DNA of 64,000 bases, from NCBI GenBank assembly GCA_963726455.1, contig CAVSCK010000005.1:480001-544000 (forward strand), read 5' to 3'. A program made the position numbers and the translations under genes. The notes beneath the pieces are model-generated. The model saw nothing but the letters and a program-made list of their open reading frames with translations, searched no databases and was not told the DNA's origin. Shown piece by piece: positions 1-10,348 of the stretch. Numbering within the stretch: the stretch's first letter is position 1; every line of letters begins with the position of its first letter. Origin of the DNA: an uncultured bacterium (lineage in GTDB: Bacteria > Zixibacteria > MSB-5A5 > CAIYYT01).

Positions 1-1
1 G

Positions 2-244
2 GAATCGTTCAAGAAGATTGGCGTCAAAGTCAGCGAATTGGGAGTCGTGGTGGATGCGCAGATGCAGACGAATCTCGCCGGCCTGTTCGCGTGCGGAGAT
101 ATCATCTCGAAACCGAAAGAGATGAACTTCATCACTGCTGCCAGCGCCGAGGCAGCCGTTGCCGTCAACAACGCCAAGAAATACTGCAATCCTGAGGTTA
201 GCACTTTCCCCGGCTATTCGACCGATATCCGCAAAGCCAAGTAA
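2..244 (+). CDS. FAD-dependent oxidoreductase (thioredoxin reductase / ferredoxin-NADP reductase family), C-terminal fragment
   Basis: Frame is open from the window edge; 'MQTNLAGLFACGDI' second FAD motif and 'PGYST' tail typical of TrxB-like FNR. Confidence 0.8.
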   Translation, partial: ESFKKIGVKVSELGVVVDAQMQTNLAGLFACGDIISKPKEMNFITAASAEAAVAVNNAKKYCNPEVSTFPGYSTDIRKAK

Positions 245-263
245 GATTTCTTACGATCAAAAC

Positions 264-302
264 AAAAACCCCACCCGTCTCTGACGTGGTGGGGTTTCTT
301 TT
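264..302. terminator. Bidirectional intrinsic terminator
   Basis: AAAAACCCCACC...GGTGGGGTTTCTTTT hairpin between convergent genes. Confidence 0.75.
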
Positions 303-326
303 CGCTGCAATTTCGAAGGTGATTCC

Positions 327-779
327 CTAGGCCTTTAATTCAGACGTGCAATTGGGGCAGCGCACCGCCTTGATCGGAATCGTTGAATAACAATAGGTGC
401 ATTCCTTGGTCGTCGGAGCTGTCGCCGGTGCCGGCGCCGGGCGCTTTAACCGGTTGATCGCACGGATCAACATGAAGACGGCAAACGCGATAATAACGAA
501 GCTGATGATCGAGTTGACGAACAATCCGTAATTGAGCGTGACCGCACCCGAAGCTTTGGCCTGCGCGACTGAGGTGTACGGACCCGGCACCGCGCCGTTT
601 CTCAGCGTAACGAACAGATTCGAGAAATCGACATTGCCCAAGAGCAATCCGATCGGCGGCATAATCACGTCGGCCACAAGCGAACTGACGATTGACCCGA
701 ACGCCGCGCCGATGATGATACCGACTGCCATGTCGACGACGTTGCCGCGCATGGCGAATTCCTTGAATTCTTTAAACAT
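327..779 (-). CDS. mscL: Large-conductance mechanosensitive channel with C-terminal zinc-ribbon-like tail
   Basis: '[23 protein letters not shown]' signature; C-terminal CxxC-x10-CxxC; GGAGG RBS. Confidence 0.97.
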   Translation of the reverse strand: MFKEFKEFAMRGNVVDMAVGIIIGAAFGSIVSSLVADVIMPPIGLLLGNVDFSNLFVTLRNGAVPGPYTSVAQAKASGAVTLNYGLFVNSIISFVIIAFAVFMLIRAINRLKRPAPAPATAPTTKECTYCYSTIPIKAVRCPNCTSELKA

Positions 780-954
780 CAGACCTCCTCCGTCTTGAAC
801 TTTCCAAACCTTGTTGGTACTGACACTCTTTTCCGGCGATATCGCTGCAACTTATCGAAAATCACGTCTGTCGCAAGAGTGAAACCTTCACTTTGTGTCG
901 CTAAGTCACCTTTTGTGGTATCGCCACGGCCGCTCCAAGGGCGGCTGTCTTAAT

Positions 955-2667
955 TCAGAACTTATTCGTGATCGGCCAGCGCCGATCTTTGCCGAAAGCA
1001 CGCGGCGTGATCTTAACTCCGGGAGCCGACTGTCGCCGCTTGTATTCCGCCGCGCCGACCATGCGAATCACACGTGCCACCAATTTCTTGTCAAAACCTG
1101 CCGCTACGATCTCCATTTCGTTGTGGTCAAGTTCGACATAGAGCCGCAAAATCTCATCAAGAACCTCATACGGTGGCAGCGAATCAGTGTCAAGCTGGTT
1201 CTCTTTCAGCTCTGCAGTCGGTGGTCGGTCAATTATCTCCTGCGCAATGATTTCCCGTCCACCGGCACGATTGAGATGATTACAGATCTTGAAAACCAAA
1301 GTCTTGGGAATATCTTTCAGCACCGAAAATCCGCCGACCATATCTCCATAAAGAGTTGTGTAACCGACGGCGGCCTCCGACTTGTTGCTGGTGCTTAGTA
1401 CTAAATACCCGAACCGGTTGGAAAACGCCATCAGAATGTTTCCCCGAATCCGTGCCTGCAAGTTCTCCTGCGTGAGCCCGCTTTCGCCATCTTTGAAAAT
1501 GTCGCAGAGAGAGCTCTGATAGCCGGCCATCAACTCGTCAATCGGCACTTCCCGCATCGCAATTCCCAGCAGCCGTGCCTGTCTCTCTGCTGCCGTGCGG
1601 GACAACTCCGACGAATACTTCGACGGCATATAGAGCGTGAATACATTGTCGCTTCCGATGGCATCCACCGCAATCGCAGCCGTTAGAGCTGAATCAATCC
1701 CGCCCGACAGTCCAATGATCGCTTTGCCAAAACCGTTCTTCCGAATGTAATCACGAACTCCCAAGACCAGTGCCCGATACACTTCCTCTGCTTCCGCCAG
1801 TCGCTCGGCGCATTTTGCGGCAACGGTCTTTCGACGTACGCCGGCGAACGGTGATTTCAACTCCACCTGCTTGACCACTGTCTTGGCGTCGGGCTGAGAA
1901 CTACGCTTTATGGCTGACCTCGCCTCCTGCTTCATATCACCAATCGGAAGGTCAACCACGAGCAATTCCTCCTTGAACTGCGCGGCTTTGGCGATCAGTT
2001 TGCCGTCGGGATCGAGCACCAATGATGCGCCGTCGAACACCAGCTCATCCTGTCCGCCGACCGTGTTGATATAACCGATATAGCTCCGGTTCTTAACCGC
2101 ACGTGAGCGCAGCATCTCGATTCGCTCTTCGACCTTGTGCATGTGATACGGCGACGATGAAATATTCAGCACCAGTTGCGCTCCCAATGCCGCCTGCTGT
2201 TCCGTCACTCCCGGACAAACCCAGATGTCCTCGCAGATATTGATCCCGACCTTCATCTTTCCGATTTGCAGTAACGGAATTTCCTGTCCCACCGCGAAAT
2301 ATCGTTTCTCGTCAAAGACACCATAATTGGGGAGCGCAATCTTGTTGTACGACAAGAGCAGCTTGCCGCCGCCGATCACTGCCGCCGAGTTGTAAACCTT
2401 GCCGCCACGAGCGCCGGCGTACCCGCAAACGACATTCATCCCATCGCTGGCCTCCACCAATCTGCGCAAGTACCGCTGATTCGCCTCGATGAATGCCTTC
2501 TTGAACAGCAGGTCTTCCGGAGGATATCCGCACAATGCCAGTTCGGGGAAAAGAATCAGGTCGCACTTCTGTTCCCGCCCTAGTGAAATAAAACCGACGA
2601 TCTTCTGCAGGTTTCCTGCAAAATCGCCTACGGTAGGATTTATCTGGCTTAGTCCAATACGGATCAT
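955..2667 (-). CDS. nadE: Glutamine-dependent NAD+ synthetase
   Basis: N-terminal nitrilase domain (FPEL, ICEDIW); 'GLSGGIDS', 'ENLQARIRG', 'EYKRRQ' motifs. Confidence 0.97.
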   Translation of the reverse strand: MIRIGLSQINPTVGDFAGNLQKIVGFISLGREQKCDLILFPELALCGYPPEDLLFKKAFIEANQRYLRRLVEASDGMNVVCGYAGARGGKVYNSAAVIGGGKLLLSYNKIALPNYGVFDEKRYFAVGQEIPLLQIGKMKVGINICEDIWVCPGVTEQQAALGAQLVLNISSSPYHMHKVEERIEMLRSRAVKNRSYIGYINTVGGQDELVFDGASLVLDPDGKLIAKAAQFKEELLVVDLPIGDMKQEARSAIKRSSQPDAKTVVKQVELKSPFAGVRRKTVAAKCAERLAEAEEVYRALVLGVRDYIRKNGFGKAIIGLSGGIDSALTAAIAVDAIGSDNVFTLYMPSKYSSELSRTAAERQARLLGIAMREVPIDELMAGYQSSLCDIFKDGESGLTQENLQARIRGNILMAFSNRFGYLVLSTSNKSEAAVGYTTLYGDMVGGFSVLKDIPKTLVFKICNHLNRAGGREIIAQEIIDRPPTAELKENQLDTDSLPPYEVLDEILRLYVELDHNEMEIVAAGFDKKLVARVIRMVGAAEYKRRQSAPGVKITPRAFGKDRRWPITNKF

Positions 2668-2833
2668 AACATCCCCGACATATTTGTACGTAATTTAGCG
2701 ATTAAAGAGGCAGGCGCAACACGTTCCTGGCGATACTGCCGTCAGACAGTGGCAATATCGACCGACAATGCCGATTAGTCCATTTTTGGCCCGCCGTCGA
2801 CCGAAGTTTTTTCATGCTGAACTCAGAAATCCA

Positions 2834-2862
2834 TTTACATTGTTAGAAGATTTGTCTATAAT
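2834..2862 (+). promoter_or_regulatory. Sigma70-type promoter for rrf2 gene
   Basis: TTTACA-N17-TATAAT. Confidence 0.7.
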
Positions 2863-3002
2863 CACGTAATTATGAGTAAAAGAGACCGTTGTTGAACAAG
2901 TTGGCTCATGCCAAAAAAATCAAAAGCGGACGAAACTTATCTCGTGATCGATAGTTTAACAAGTACCGATATTCCATTAATCCATGAAGGAGTAAATAGG
3001 AC

Positions 3003-3416
3003 ATGAAAATTTCCCGCAAAGCTGATTACGCGCTGCGAGCCGTGCTGTATATTTCCAAGCAGGCGGTTGACAAAAGAAATTCCATCAACGCCATTGCCGA
3101 GTCCGAGTCCGTTCCCCGCGACTTTCTGGCAAAGATACTCAAAGAACTCACCCGCGCCGAGATTCTCAAATCATATCAGGGTGTGCATGGCGGCTATCAG
3201 CTCGCCAAATCACCGAATCAGGTGAGCGTCCTTGATGTAATCGAGGCAATGGACGGTCCGCTCGGAATCAATCTCTGCGTTCGCGGCGAGGACGGCTGCG
3301 ACTGCGAGAAATCCGACCGCTGCACCATGTATCCATTCTGGGACAAACTGCAGAAGCAGCTCAAAGGCATTCTCAAGAATGAGACCATTGCCAAGCTGCG
3401 CGGCGGCAGGAAATAA
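3003..3416 (+). CDS. Rrf2 family transcriptional regulator with Cys cluster (probable Fe-S sensor)
   Basis: 'ADYALRA', 'GVHGGYQL', 'CVRGEDGCDCEKSDRC'; AAGGAG RBS. Confidence 0.93.
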   Translation: MKISRKADYALRAVLYISKQAVDKRNSINAIAESESVPRDFLAKILKELTRAEILKSYQGVHGGYQLAKSPNQVSVLDVIEAMDGPLGINLCVRGEDGCDCEKSDRCTMYPFWDKLQKQLKGILKNETIAKLRGGRK

Positions 3417-3435
3417 GCTTTTCGATTGTTCGATT

Positions 3436-3470
3436 CGGGTGGTTGTCAGCTATGACAATCACCCGTTTTT
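3436..3470 (+). terminator. Intrinsic terminator
   Basis: CGGGTGGTTGTCA-gcta-TGACAATCACCCG-TTTTT. Confidence 0.85.
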
Positions 3471-3518
3471 GTTTACGAATCGTTGTCATCTCGAAGCCAA
3501 TTTCATAGATTCCCCTCA

Positions 3519-4386
3519 GTGAGCCGCAATCACATCATTCTCGTCTTTGCCGCCGTCGCCGCCAGTTGTGCGGCGCCATTGATTCGTGCCTGCCAATCCG
3601 ACCCGTTGGTGATTGCCGCCTATCGCATGACTTTCGCCTCGGTATTATTGTTGCCAATCTATCTCGCCCAGGGAAAACGCATCATCCTGCCGCAAGGCCG
3701 CGACCGCCTGCTGATTGCCGCCGCAGGATTGTTGCTGGCCGCGCACTTTGCGGTCTGGATCACCGCCCTGACAATGACTTCGGTTGCCAGCGCGACGGTG
3801 CTGGTGACTTTGCAGCCGTTGTTCCTTACCATACTGGCTCAACTGATTCTCAAGGAACGTGTCGATCGCTGGGGCTATCTGGCAATTGCGCTCGCCTTGA
3901 TTGGTGCGACTTTGATCAGTTGGGGCGATTTCCAACTTTCCGGCGAGCAGCTGGTTGGCGACTTACTTGTCTCTGGCGGGCGCGTTGTTTGCAGCGTTCT
4001 ATCTTCTCGTCGGACGAACGCTGGTGTCCAAACTCGGTACGATCAACTACACCTTCCCGCTATATTCAACTTCGGCTGTGGCATTGATCGCGGTCGCCCT
4101 GATCTCCGGCGGCTCTGTTGTTCCTGCACGAAGTCTCGATTTCGTCTGGTTCGCCCTGCTCGCAATTATTCCTACGCTGCTTGGGCATTCGCTCTACAAC
4201 TACTCCCTCAAACATTTCCGCGCCCACCTCGTGGGAATCGTGATTCTGGGTGAACCGATTATGGCGAGCTTATGGGCGTATCTACTCTTCACCGAGTCGC
4301 CTACGATTATGACCGCTCTGGGAGCGGCTCTAATCTTCGCCGCGATCCTCTTTACTTTCGGCCACGAAGAGAAAGTTTCGTCTTGA
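3519..4386 (+). CDS. DMT/EamA family transporter (frameshift near 3965)
   Basis: ORFs 3483..4253 and 3955..4386 join into one two-repeat EamA protein if one extra base near 3965 is removed; GTG start inferred. Confidence 0.85.
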
Positions 4387-4469
4387 CGAATCGGTACCCG
4401 CGTATATCTTGACCACGTAGTGCGGTCGCTGCGGGCGTCTTCTTGGGCCTGATCGGCCGCGGTCTCAAT

Positions 4470-4542
4470 GGGGCAGTAGCTCAGTTGGGAGAGCGGTACG
4501 TTCGCAACGTACAGGTCGGCGGTTCGATCCCGCTCTGCTCCA
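4470..4542 (+). tRNA. tRNA-Ala(CGC), CCA not encoded
   Basis: Acceptor GGGGCAG/CTGCTCC with G3:U70, D-arm TAGCTCAGTTGGGAGAGC, anticodon stem GTACG/CGTAC with loop TTCGCAA, T-loop GGTTCGATCC. Confidence 0.95.
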
Positions 4543-4583
4543 TTTAGATTTTCCCGGCGCATCGCGGAACTACAAATCCCCCA

Positions 4584-6026
4584 TCAAAGTCTTGATGTAT
4601 CCTGTAGCTGATTTTTTGACGCCACTCGGCGATAGAGTTGGTGGCTCGGTTTGTCGGACGGCGCAACGTAGTCGACCCGCTCGTAGTTGCGCGCGAATTC
4701 AAGTGCGGCGATGATATCCCTCGCGGTCGGATAGTCCGGATCAATGAATATCCAGTCCGCGTTGACTGAATCTGCAAACTCGCGATAACGCCCGGCGCGG
4801 TTGTACGGAATCGCCTGCGGCGTGACCAATCCATCGCGGTCAACAATATTGCCGCGATAATAATGTCCCAGGTAACCGATGTCCTCTGCCAACACGATAT
4901 CTTTCGGCTGTGCATGCAGTGCCAGATATTTCCCCGCCTCCACATGCACATTACGGTATCCGTCCATCTCTGACTTCAAGCCGACGAAACTGGAGGTCAG
5001 GTGGACGAGCGATACTGCGATGACCACGGCAGCGATGGCCACCAAAGATATGTATTCTCGGACAACTGATTTGTGCCACCGCACATATTCAAGCAATCGA
5101 GCGATGCCCATTACAACGCCGAGAAGCACGACGGGATAGACCGGCGCCGGATACCAGAAAAAGACATGTGTGCCGCTCGCGACTAATACCAGCAAGTAGC
5201 CGGCACACCAAAACAGCATTACGGTGAGAAGTCGATCCTTATGGAATGTCGACACCGCGCCGGCAGCAAGTAGCGGCCACAAAATCCATCCGAAAGGCGA
5301 GCCGAGGCCCAATGTCATAACGGCGTTCTGCCACAAGACTGACATTCCTGAGTTCGAGTACAGCGCCATCTTGGCCACGGCCGAATTCGGCACAACTGAT
5401 CCAAAGTAGACGCCCGCGAATAACAACCAACCTCCCGCAATCAGTATCGCCGGAATGGCGCAACGAACTACACGATCTCGGTCGCGTATGAAAACGACCG
5501 TCGCCACCAGCGCCAGCAATGCCCACCCCTCAGGCCGCGCCAGTGTCGTCAGCGATGCCAGGATACTCGCCGATACGTTATGGCGGTTGTGAAGGAAGTA
5601 CATACTCGACGTAAACAACAGCGCTACCAGCGCTGTCTCCATGCCGCAGATATCGCAGATCACCGAGCGCGGGAATACGATGTAGATGATTGCCGGCAGT
5701 ACCGCCAGCTTGCCCAACCCGAGTTTGCACGACCAGCGATAAAGCAATACTGTGGTCAGTCCGGATGCGGCCAAACTCAGCAGGAGTGCAACTGTTTGAC
5801 TGCCGATTCCGACAACGTTGAACGCCGCAAGTACCAGTGTAAACAGAGGCGTTGAAGTCCCCAACACGCGTTCGCCGATGTTGTATACGAATCCGTGGCC
5901 CGCCGCCAGGTTTTCCGCGTATCGAAACGTAATAAACGCGTCATCTACAGTGTATTGCGTCGCAAAATGCACCACCAATCGCACGATAACGGCAGCGCCA
6001 AGAAGAATGTAATCGGCTCTATTCAC
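4584..6026 (-). CDS. Polytopic membrane GT-C glycosyltransferase-like protein
   Basis: 'DDAFITFRYAENLAAGHG..YNIGERVLGTSTPL', 'GMET', 'RPEG', 'DRDGLV' motifs; many TM helices. Confidence 0.8.
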   Translation of the reverse strand: MNRADYILLGAAVIVRLVVHFATQYTVDDAFITFRYAENLAAGHGFVYNIGERVLGTSTPLFTLVLAAFNVVGIGSQTVALLLSLAASGLTTVLLYRWSCKLGLGKLAVLPAIIYIVFPRSVICDICGMETALVALLFTSSMYFLHNRHNVSASILASLTTLARPEGWALLALVATVVFIRDRDRVVRCAIPAILIAGGWLLFAGVYFGSVVPNSAVAKMALYSNSGMSVLWQNAVMTLGLGSPFGWILWPLLAAGAVSTFHKDRLLTVMLFWCAGYLLVLVASGTHVFFWYPAPVYPVVLLGVVMGIARLLEYVRWHKSVVREYISLVAIAAVVIAVSLVHLTSSFVGLKSEMDGYRNVHVEAGKYLALHAQPKDIVLAEDIGYLGHYYRGNIVDRDGLVTPQAIPYNRAGRYREFADSVNADWIFIDPDYPTARDIIAALEFARNYERVDYVAPSDKPSHQLYRRVASKNQLQDTSRL

Positions 6027-6310
6027 GGCTGGCAAGATATGCGATTGTTAGCGCGAACAGCAAACGCATCGTGCCCGTCAGTCGCGGAATTCGGAAGTGA
6101 GAGATTCATGTCATTTGTGCGGCTCACTGTCGCAACTTGAAACAGCGCATCTCAACATCCAAGCCAACTCTTCCGATAAGAGATAAGACAAGGCATCATA
6201 AGGGATATTCGGGTTCTGATCAGCACGACCAGAGGCGAATAATCACTGGTACACGGGGCAAATTTCAGCGACGCTGATAGTACGTCCGATTGCACGAAAG
6301 GGAGTAGCAC

Positions 6311-7450
6311 ATGAAGATCGAGCAGAAAGTCTGGCGGACCGGCATCGGCTGGGAACAAAGTTTAGTCGGAGATTCTGTCCGCGATGCACAACTGGTATTG
6401 TTGTTCGGAGACAGATCAGTCCTGTCGGAATCTCCCGCCTTGGGCGAAGTGAGACGCGACTACCCGAACGCACAGATTATCGGCTGTTCTACTGCCGGTG
6501 AAATCTGCGACACCAACGTCCTCGACGAAACCGTGGTCGCAACTGCCGTGCAGTTCGAACACTCGGAAGTCAGTGGAACCTCCGTCAAGATGGGCGGCGG
6601 CATCAGTAGCCATGACGCCGGCGCTGCTTTGGCTCAGAATCTTGACAAACGCGGACTCCGGCATGTCTTCGTGCTCTCCGATGGAATCAGCGTAAACGGC
6701 AGCGACCTGGTCAAAGGTCTGACCAAAAACCTGCCCGGCGACGTCACTGTCACCGGCGGACTTTCGGCCGACGGCGGTTGTTTCGAACGCACCCTCGTGT
6801 CGTGGAATGATTGCCTTGACTCAGGCACGATCGCCGCGATCGGATTGTATGGAAGTCGGCTACGCGTCGGTTTTGGTTCACAAGGAGGTTGGGACCCCTT
6901 CGGCCCTGAAAGAGTGGTAACCAAGTCCGAGCGCAATGTCTTGCGTGAGTTGGATGGTCAATCTGCCCTCGAACTATACAGAAAATATCTCGGCGAACAT
7001 GCGAAGGGTTTGCCTGCCACCGGCCTGCTCTTTCCGCTGAGCTTAAGAACGGGAGAGCGTGAGGCGGGCGTCGTCCGCACGGTTCTGGCGGTCGACGAAG
7101 GCGCCCAGAGCATGACCTTCGCCGGGGACGTGCCCGAAGGTTCTTATGCGCGTTTGATGAAAGCCAACTTCGATCGCCTGATCGATGGCGCGGAACTCGC
7201 TGCTCAAATATCCGGGAAAGCAATTGCCCCGGCCAGAGCGGAACTGGCGATCCTGATCACGTGCGTCGGCCGCAAGATGGTTCTGCGGCAGAGGGTCGAA
7301 GAGGAAGTTGAGGCGGTAAAGAACGTGCTCGGCAAGCAGACGTTCATGACCGGCTTCTATTCTTACGGCGAGATCTCGCCCTTTGCTCCCGGCGAACCCT
7401 GCGAATTGCATAACCAAACGATGACGATAACGACGCTGGCCGAGGAGTAA
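6311..7450 (+). CDS. FIST-domain (FIST_N + FIST_C) sensory protein
   Basis: 'IIGCSTAGEI', 'GWDPFG', 'CVGRKMVL', 'GFYSYGEI', 'LHNQTMT'. Confidence 0.93.
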   Translation: MKIEQKVWRTGIGWEQSLVGDSVRDAQLVLLFGDRSVLSESPALGEVRRDYPNAQIIGCSTAGEICDTNVLDETVVATAVQFEHSEVSGTSVKMGGGISSHDAGAALAQNLDKRGLRHVFVLSDGISVNGSDLVKGLTKNLPGDVTVTGGLSADGGCFERTLVSWNDCLDSGTIAAIGLYGSRLRVGFGSQGGWDPFGPERVVTKSERNVLRELDGQSALELYRKYLGEHAKGLPATGLLFPLSLRTGEREAGVVRTVLAVDEGAQSMTFAGDVPEGSYARLMKANFDRLIDGAELAAQISGKAIAPARAELAILITCVGRKMVLRQRVEEEVEAVKNVLGKQTFMTGFYSYGEISPFAPGEPCELHNQTMTITTLAEE

Positions 7451-7465
7451 CATCGGATTCACAAT

Positions 7466-9184
7466 ATGCACAGCTTATTGCGTCGGCAATTGATTCGCTT
7501 CTTCGGTTATCCGGAGGCGGTTCCGGAGGAATTGTCCAGTTTCCTCGGGGCTGTCGAAGATGCCTATCAGCAATTTGACGGCGACCGCGCGATGCTGGAA
7601 CGATCTCTGGAATTGAGCTCCAACGAGCTGCTCCAGGCAAACGCCGACATGCGCGCCATCTTCGAAGTGCTGCCCGACCTCTTCTTCCGCATCGACGGTG
7701 AGGGAATCATCCTTGACTGCCGCGCGGGCAAAGCGACCGATATCCTCATTCCTCCCAAAACTCTGATCGGTAAACGAATCCAGGACATTCCCATCGCGGG
7801 CGTCGGCAGAAAATTCTCTGAGGCGATTCAATTGGTGAGTGAGCATCGTGCCATGACCAGTTTCGAGTATGCCCTGGAATCCGACGGCCAACTGCGTCAT
7901 TACGAGTCACGCCTGCTGCCGCTGCAAGAGAGCGAAATCATCACGATCATTCGAGATATTACGGAGAGCAAGCTCGACGAAGAACGCAAGGCCCGCTTGA
8001 CCGCCGCCGTTGAACAAGCAGTTGAGGCCATTATAATTACCGATGCCGAAGGCGTGATCCAGTATGTCAATCCCGCACTTGAGGCCATCACCGGTTATTC
8101 ACGCGATGAAGTAGTCGGCCAAAAGCCGAATCTCTTCCGCAGCGGCCGACACGATACCAAGTTCTATCAGGGTCTATGGGACACCTTGCGCAGAGGCGGA
8201 GTCTGGCAGGGGCGCTTTGTCAACAAGAGAAAGGACGGCTCGCTGGTCGAGTTGGAGGCGTCAATCTCACCCGTTCTGGACGCCGATCGGAGCATTATCA
8301 ACTACGTGGCGCTCGAACGCGATGAAACCGAAATGCTGCAACTGGAGGCCCAACTGCGTCAGGCCCAGAAATTGGAAGCGGTCGGTTCTCTTGCCGCCGG
8401 CATCGCTCACGAAATCAACACTCCCATTCAGTACGTCGGCGACAATGTCCGCTTCATGTCCGAGGCCTTCAATGGTGTCTTGCAGTTGCTGAGCAAGGGC
8501 GTCAGCAGTTGCCCAAAATGCGATCATCCAATACCGTTGCGGATTCTGTGCTCCATAGTTTCTCCCGAAATCGATATTGATTTCTTGAGCGAAGAGGTTC
8601 CGCGCGCCGTCGATGAAACGTTGCAGGGAATTGAGAGAGTGGCAACCATTGTTCGGGCTATGAAGGACTTCTCCCATCCCGATGAACGCGAGAAAGTTCC
8701 GACCGATATCAACAAAGCGCTCCTCACGACGCTTACGGTGGCTCACAACGAGCTGAAATATGTTGCGCATGTAAGAACCGCGCTGGATGAAGAACTGCCG
8801 CTTGTCGCCTGCTGCCCCGGCTCACTCAATCAGGTATTCCTGAATCTACTCGTTAATGCGGCTCATGCCATAGCTGATGTCGTCGGTGAGGGCGCTGCCG
8901 AAAAGGGCTGGATTACCGTAACCACAAAACGCAGCGACAATTATGCTATCATTGAGGTCAATGACACCGGCACCGGCATCAAGAAAGAAATCCGCGACCG
9001 CATCTTTGATTCATTCTTTACGACGAAGGAAGTCGGTAAAGGCACGGGCCAGGGTCTCGCAATTGCCCGCTCCGTCATTGTCGATCAACATGGCGGCTCA
9101 ATCACCTTCGACTCCGAGGAAGGCAAAGGCACCACTTTCCGAGTCACGCTACCACTCATCACCGACACCGTCCCCGTATCCTAG
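7466..9184 (+). CDS. Cytoplasmic PAS-PAS sensor histidine kinase
   Basis: Two PAS domains; H-box 'AAGIAHEINTP'; N, G1, F and G2 boxes; no TM. Confidence 0.93.
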   Translation: MHSLLRRQLIRFFGYPEAVPEELSSFLGAVEDAYQQFDGDRAMLERSLELSSNELLQANADMRAIFEVLPDLFFRIDGEGIILDCRAGKATDILIPPKTLIGKRIQDIPIAGVGRKFSEAIQLVSEHRAMTSFEYALESDGQLRHYESRLLPLQESEIITIIRDITESKLDEERKARLTAAVEQAVEAIIITDAEGVIQYVNPALEAITGYSRDEVVGQKPNLFRSGRHDTKFYQGLWDTLRRGGVWQGRFVNKRKDGSLVELEASISPVLDADRSIINYVALERDETEMLQLEAQLRQAQKLEAVGSLAAGIAHEINTPIQYVGDNVRFMSEAFNGVLQLLSKGVSSCPKCDHPIPLRILCSIVSPEIDIDFLSEEVPRAVDETLQGIERVATIVRAMKDFSHPDEREKVPTDINKALLTTLTVAHNELKYVAHVRTALDEELPLVACCPGSLNQVFLNLLVNAAHAIADVVGEGAAEKGWITVTTKRSDNYAIIEVNDTGTGIKKEIRDRIFDSFFTTKEVGKGTGQGLAIARSVIVDQHGGSITFDSEEGKGTTFRVTLPLITDTVPVS

Positions 9185-9275
9185 CACAAATCACTCAGCG
9201 CGCCAGCGCGCCGCATCCCCATTCAATCCCAAACACTACCTGGCAGGAAACTGTCTCCGCAGGGAGCCAAGTGTC

Positions 9276-9325
9276 GTTGTGCCGGGTCCTGCGCACGACG
9301 AAGTCGGGCGCGTAACCTGCTACGA
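9276..9325. repeat. Dispersed palindromic element (GTCAGGTCCTGCG...CGTGTGACCTGAC family), degenerate copy
   Basis: Near-identical to 14198-14247. Confidence 0.75.
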
Positions 9326-9337
9326 TTGATGGCACTT

Positions 9338-9375
9338 CTCCCCTCGCCCTTTGGGAGAGGGGCAAGGGGTGAGGG
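9338..9375. repeat. GC-rich palindromic intergenic element
   Basis: CTCCCCTCGCCCTTTGGGAGAGGGGCAAGGGGTGAGGG between convergent genes. Confidence 0.6.
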
Positions 9376-9439
9376 AGCGCACCAGCATTCACTTCGATCT
9401 CAAAGCGATACCCTGTGAACCAAATTGCTATCGGAGGAA

Positions 9440-10348
9440 TTACTTCGCCGCCACAACCGCCAGCAACAGCGAATTGTAGCGCACATCGGGAGAGTCAAAT
9501 GAAGAACAAATCACGCACGGCACTTTGCCGCCGACCACGATCAATCCATACTCACTCTTGGTATACATTGCGAACGCTTTGTACACCCCGTAATTGGTGG
9601 CCAGATTCGGCCCAATCAATATCTCTGCTTGTCCCGCGACCGGTCCTGTCGCTCCCTTTTCTTTGGCAGCCGATTCAATCAACGCGACATCCATTGACAG
9701 CGGCCCATCCACGAGGCAACCTTTGATTTGCCCCTTGTCGGCCATCTTGGAGATTACCGCCCCATCGATCGTCACCGGCATCTGCGGGTAAATCACTTCG
9801 ACTGCCGCCAACATCGCCGCCTTGGGTTGCTTGTTCCCCATCTTGTGCGCCAATGCGACCGCGTTATTCAGGATGCTGACCAGATCCATCATCTCAGGCT
9901 CAGGGTTTACGATCGGATCTGAAACATACACCAGCCGGTTCAGATTCTCATTCTTGCAGACCATCACGCCCGATACCAGGTTGGGATGCACTCGATAGCC
10001 GAGCCGCCGTTCGAACAACAACGACAGAAAATCCTGCGTGCCAAAAACGCCCTTGCAAATTCCGCCGACCTTGTTGTCGTGAATCAACTCCAGCGCCGTG
10101 TATACCGAGTGGTTCGCGTCGTTTGATCTGACCAGTTCCCAGCCGCGTATCTCTACACCCGCCTCCTTGGAGGCGTTCATAATCGCCTCTTCTTCGCCGA
10201 TCAATACCGGCTTGACCAGTCGGTTCTTGATCGCCCGATCCAAGCCGATAATCAGCGCCGGATCGTGCGGCTCCACGCAAGCAATCAAAATCGGATCAGT
10301 CGCCCGTTCGCGCGCCAGCTTTTCGATATCGGCAAAATTCGCTGTCAT
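9440..10348 (-). CDS. Phosphate butyryl/acyltransferase paralog 2 (divergent active site)
   Basis: PTA_PTB fold ('AAVEVIYPQMPVTIDG', 'VDGPLSMDVA'); ATGA overlap with upstream paralog gives the start at 10348. Confidence 0.85.
   Translation of the reverse strand: MTANFADIEKLARERATDPILIACVEPHDPALIIGLDRAIKNRLVKPVLIGEEEAIMNASKEAGVEIRGWELVRSNDANHSVYTALELIHDNKVGGICKGVFGTQDFLSLLFERRLGYRVHPNLVSGVMVCKNENLNRLVYVSDPIVNPEPEMMDLVSILNNAVALAHKMGNKQPKAAMLAAVEVIYPQMPVTIDGAVISKMADKGQIKGCLVDGPLSMDVALIESAAKEKGATGPVAGQAEILIGPNLATNYGVYKAFAMYTKSEYGLIVVGGKVPCVICSSFDSPDVRYNSLLLAVVAAK

Noticed and set aside
2908-3006. 32-codon uORF overlapping the rrf2 start (ATGA)
   Set aside because: No RBS, and rrf2 has its own AAGGAG; likely chance
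4470-9400. Genomic island integrated at tRNA-Ala
   Set aside because: No integrase and no duplicated tRNA 3' end seen
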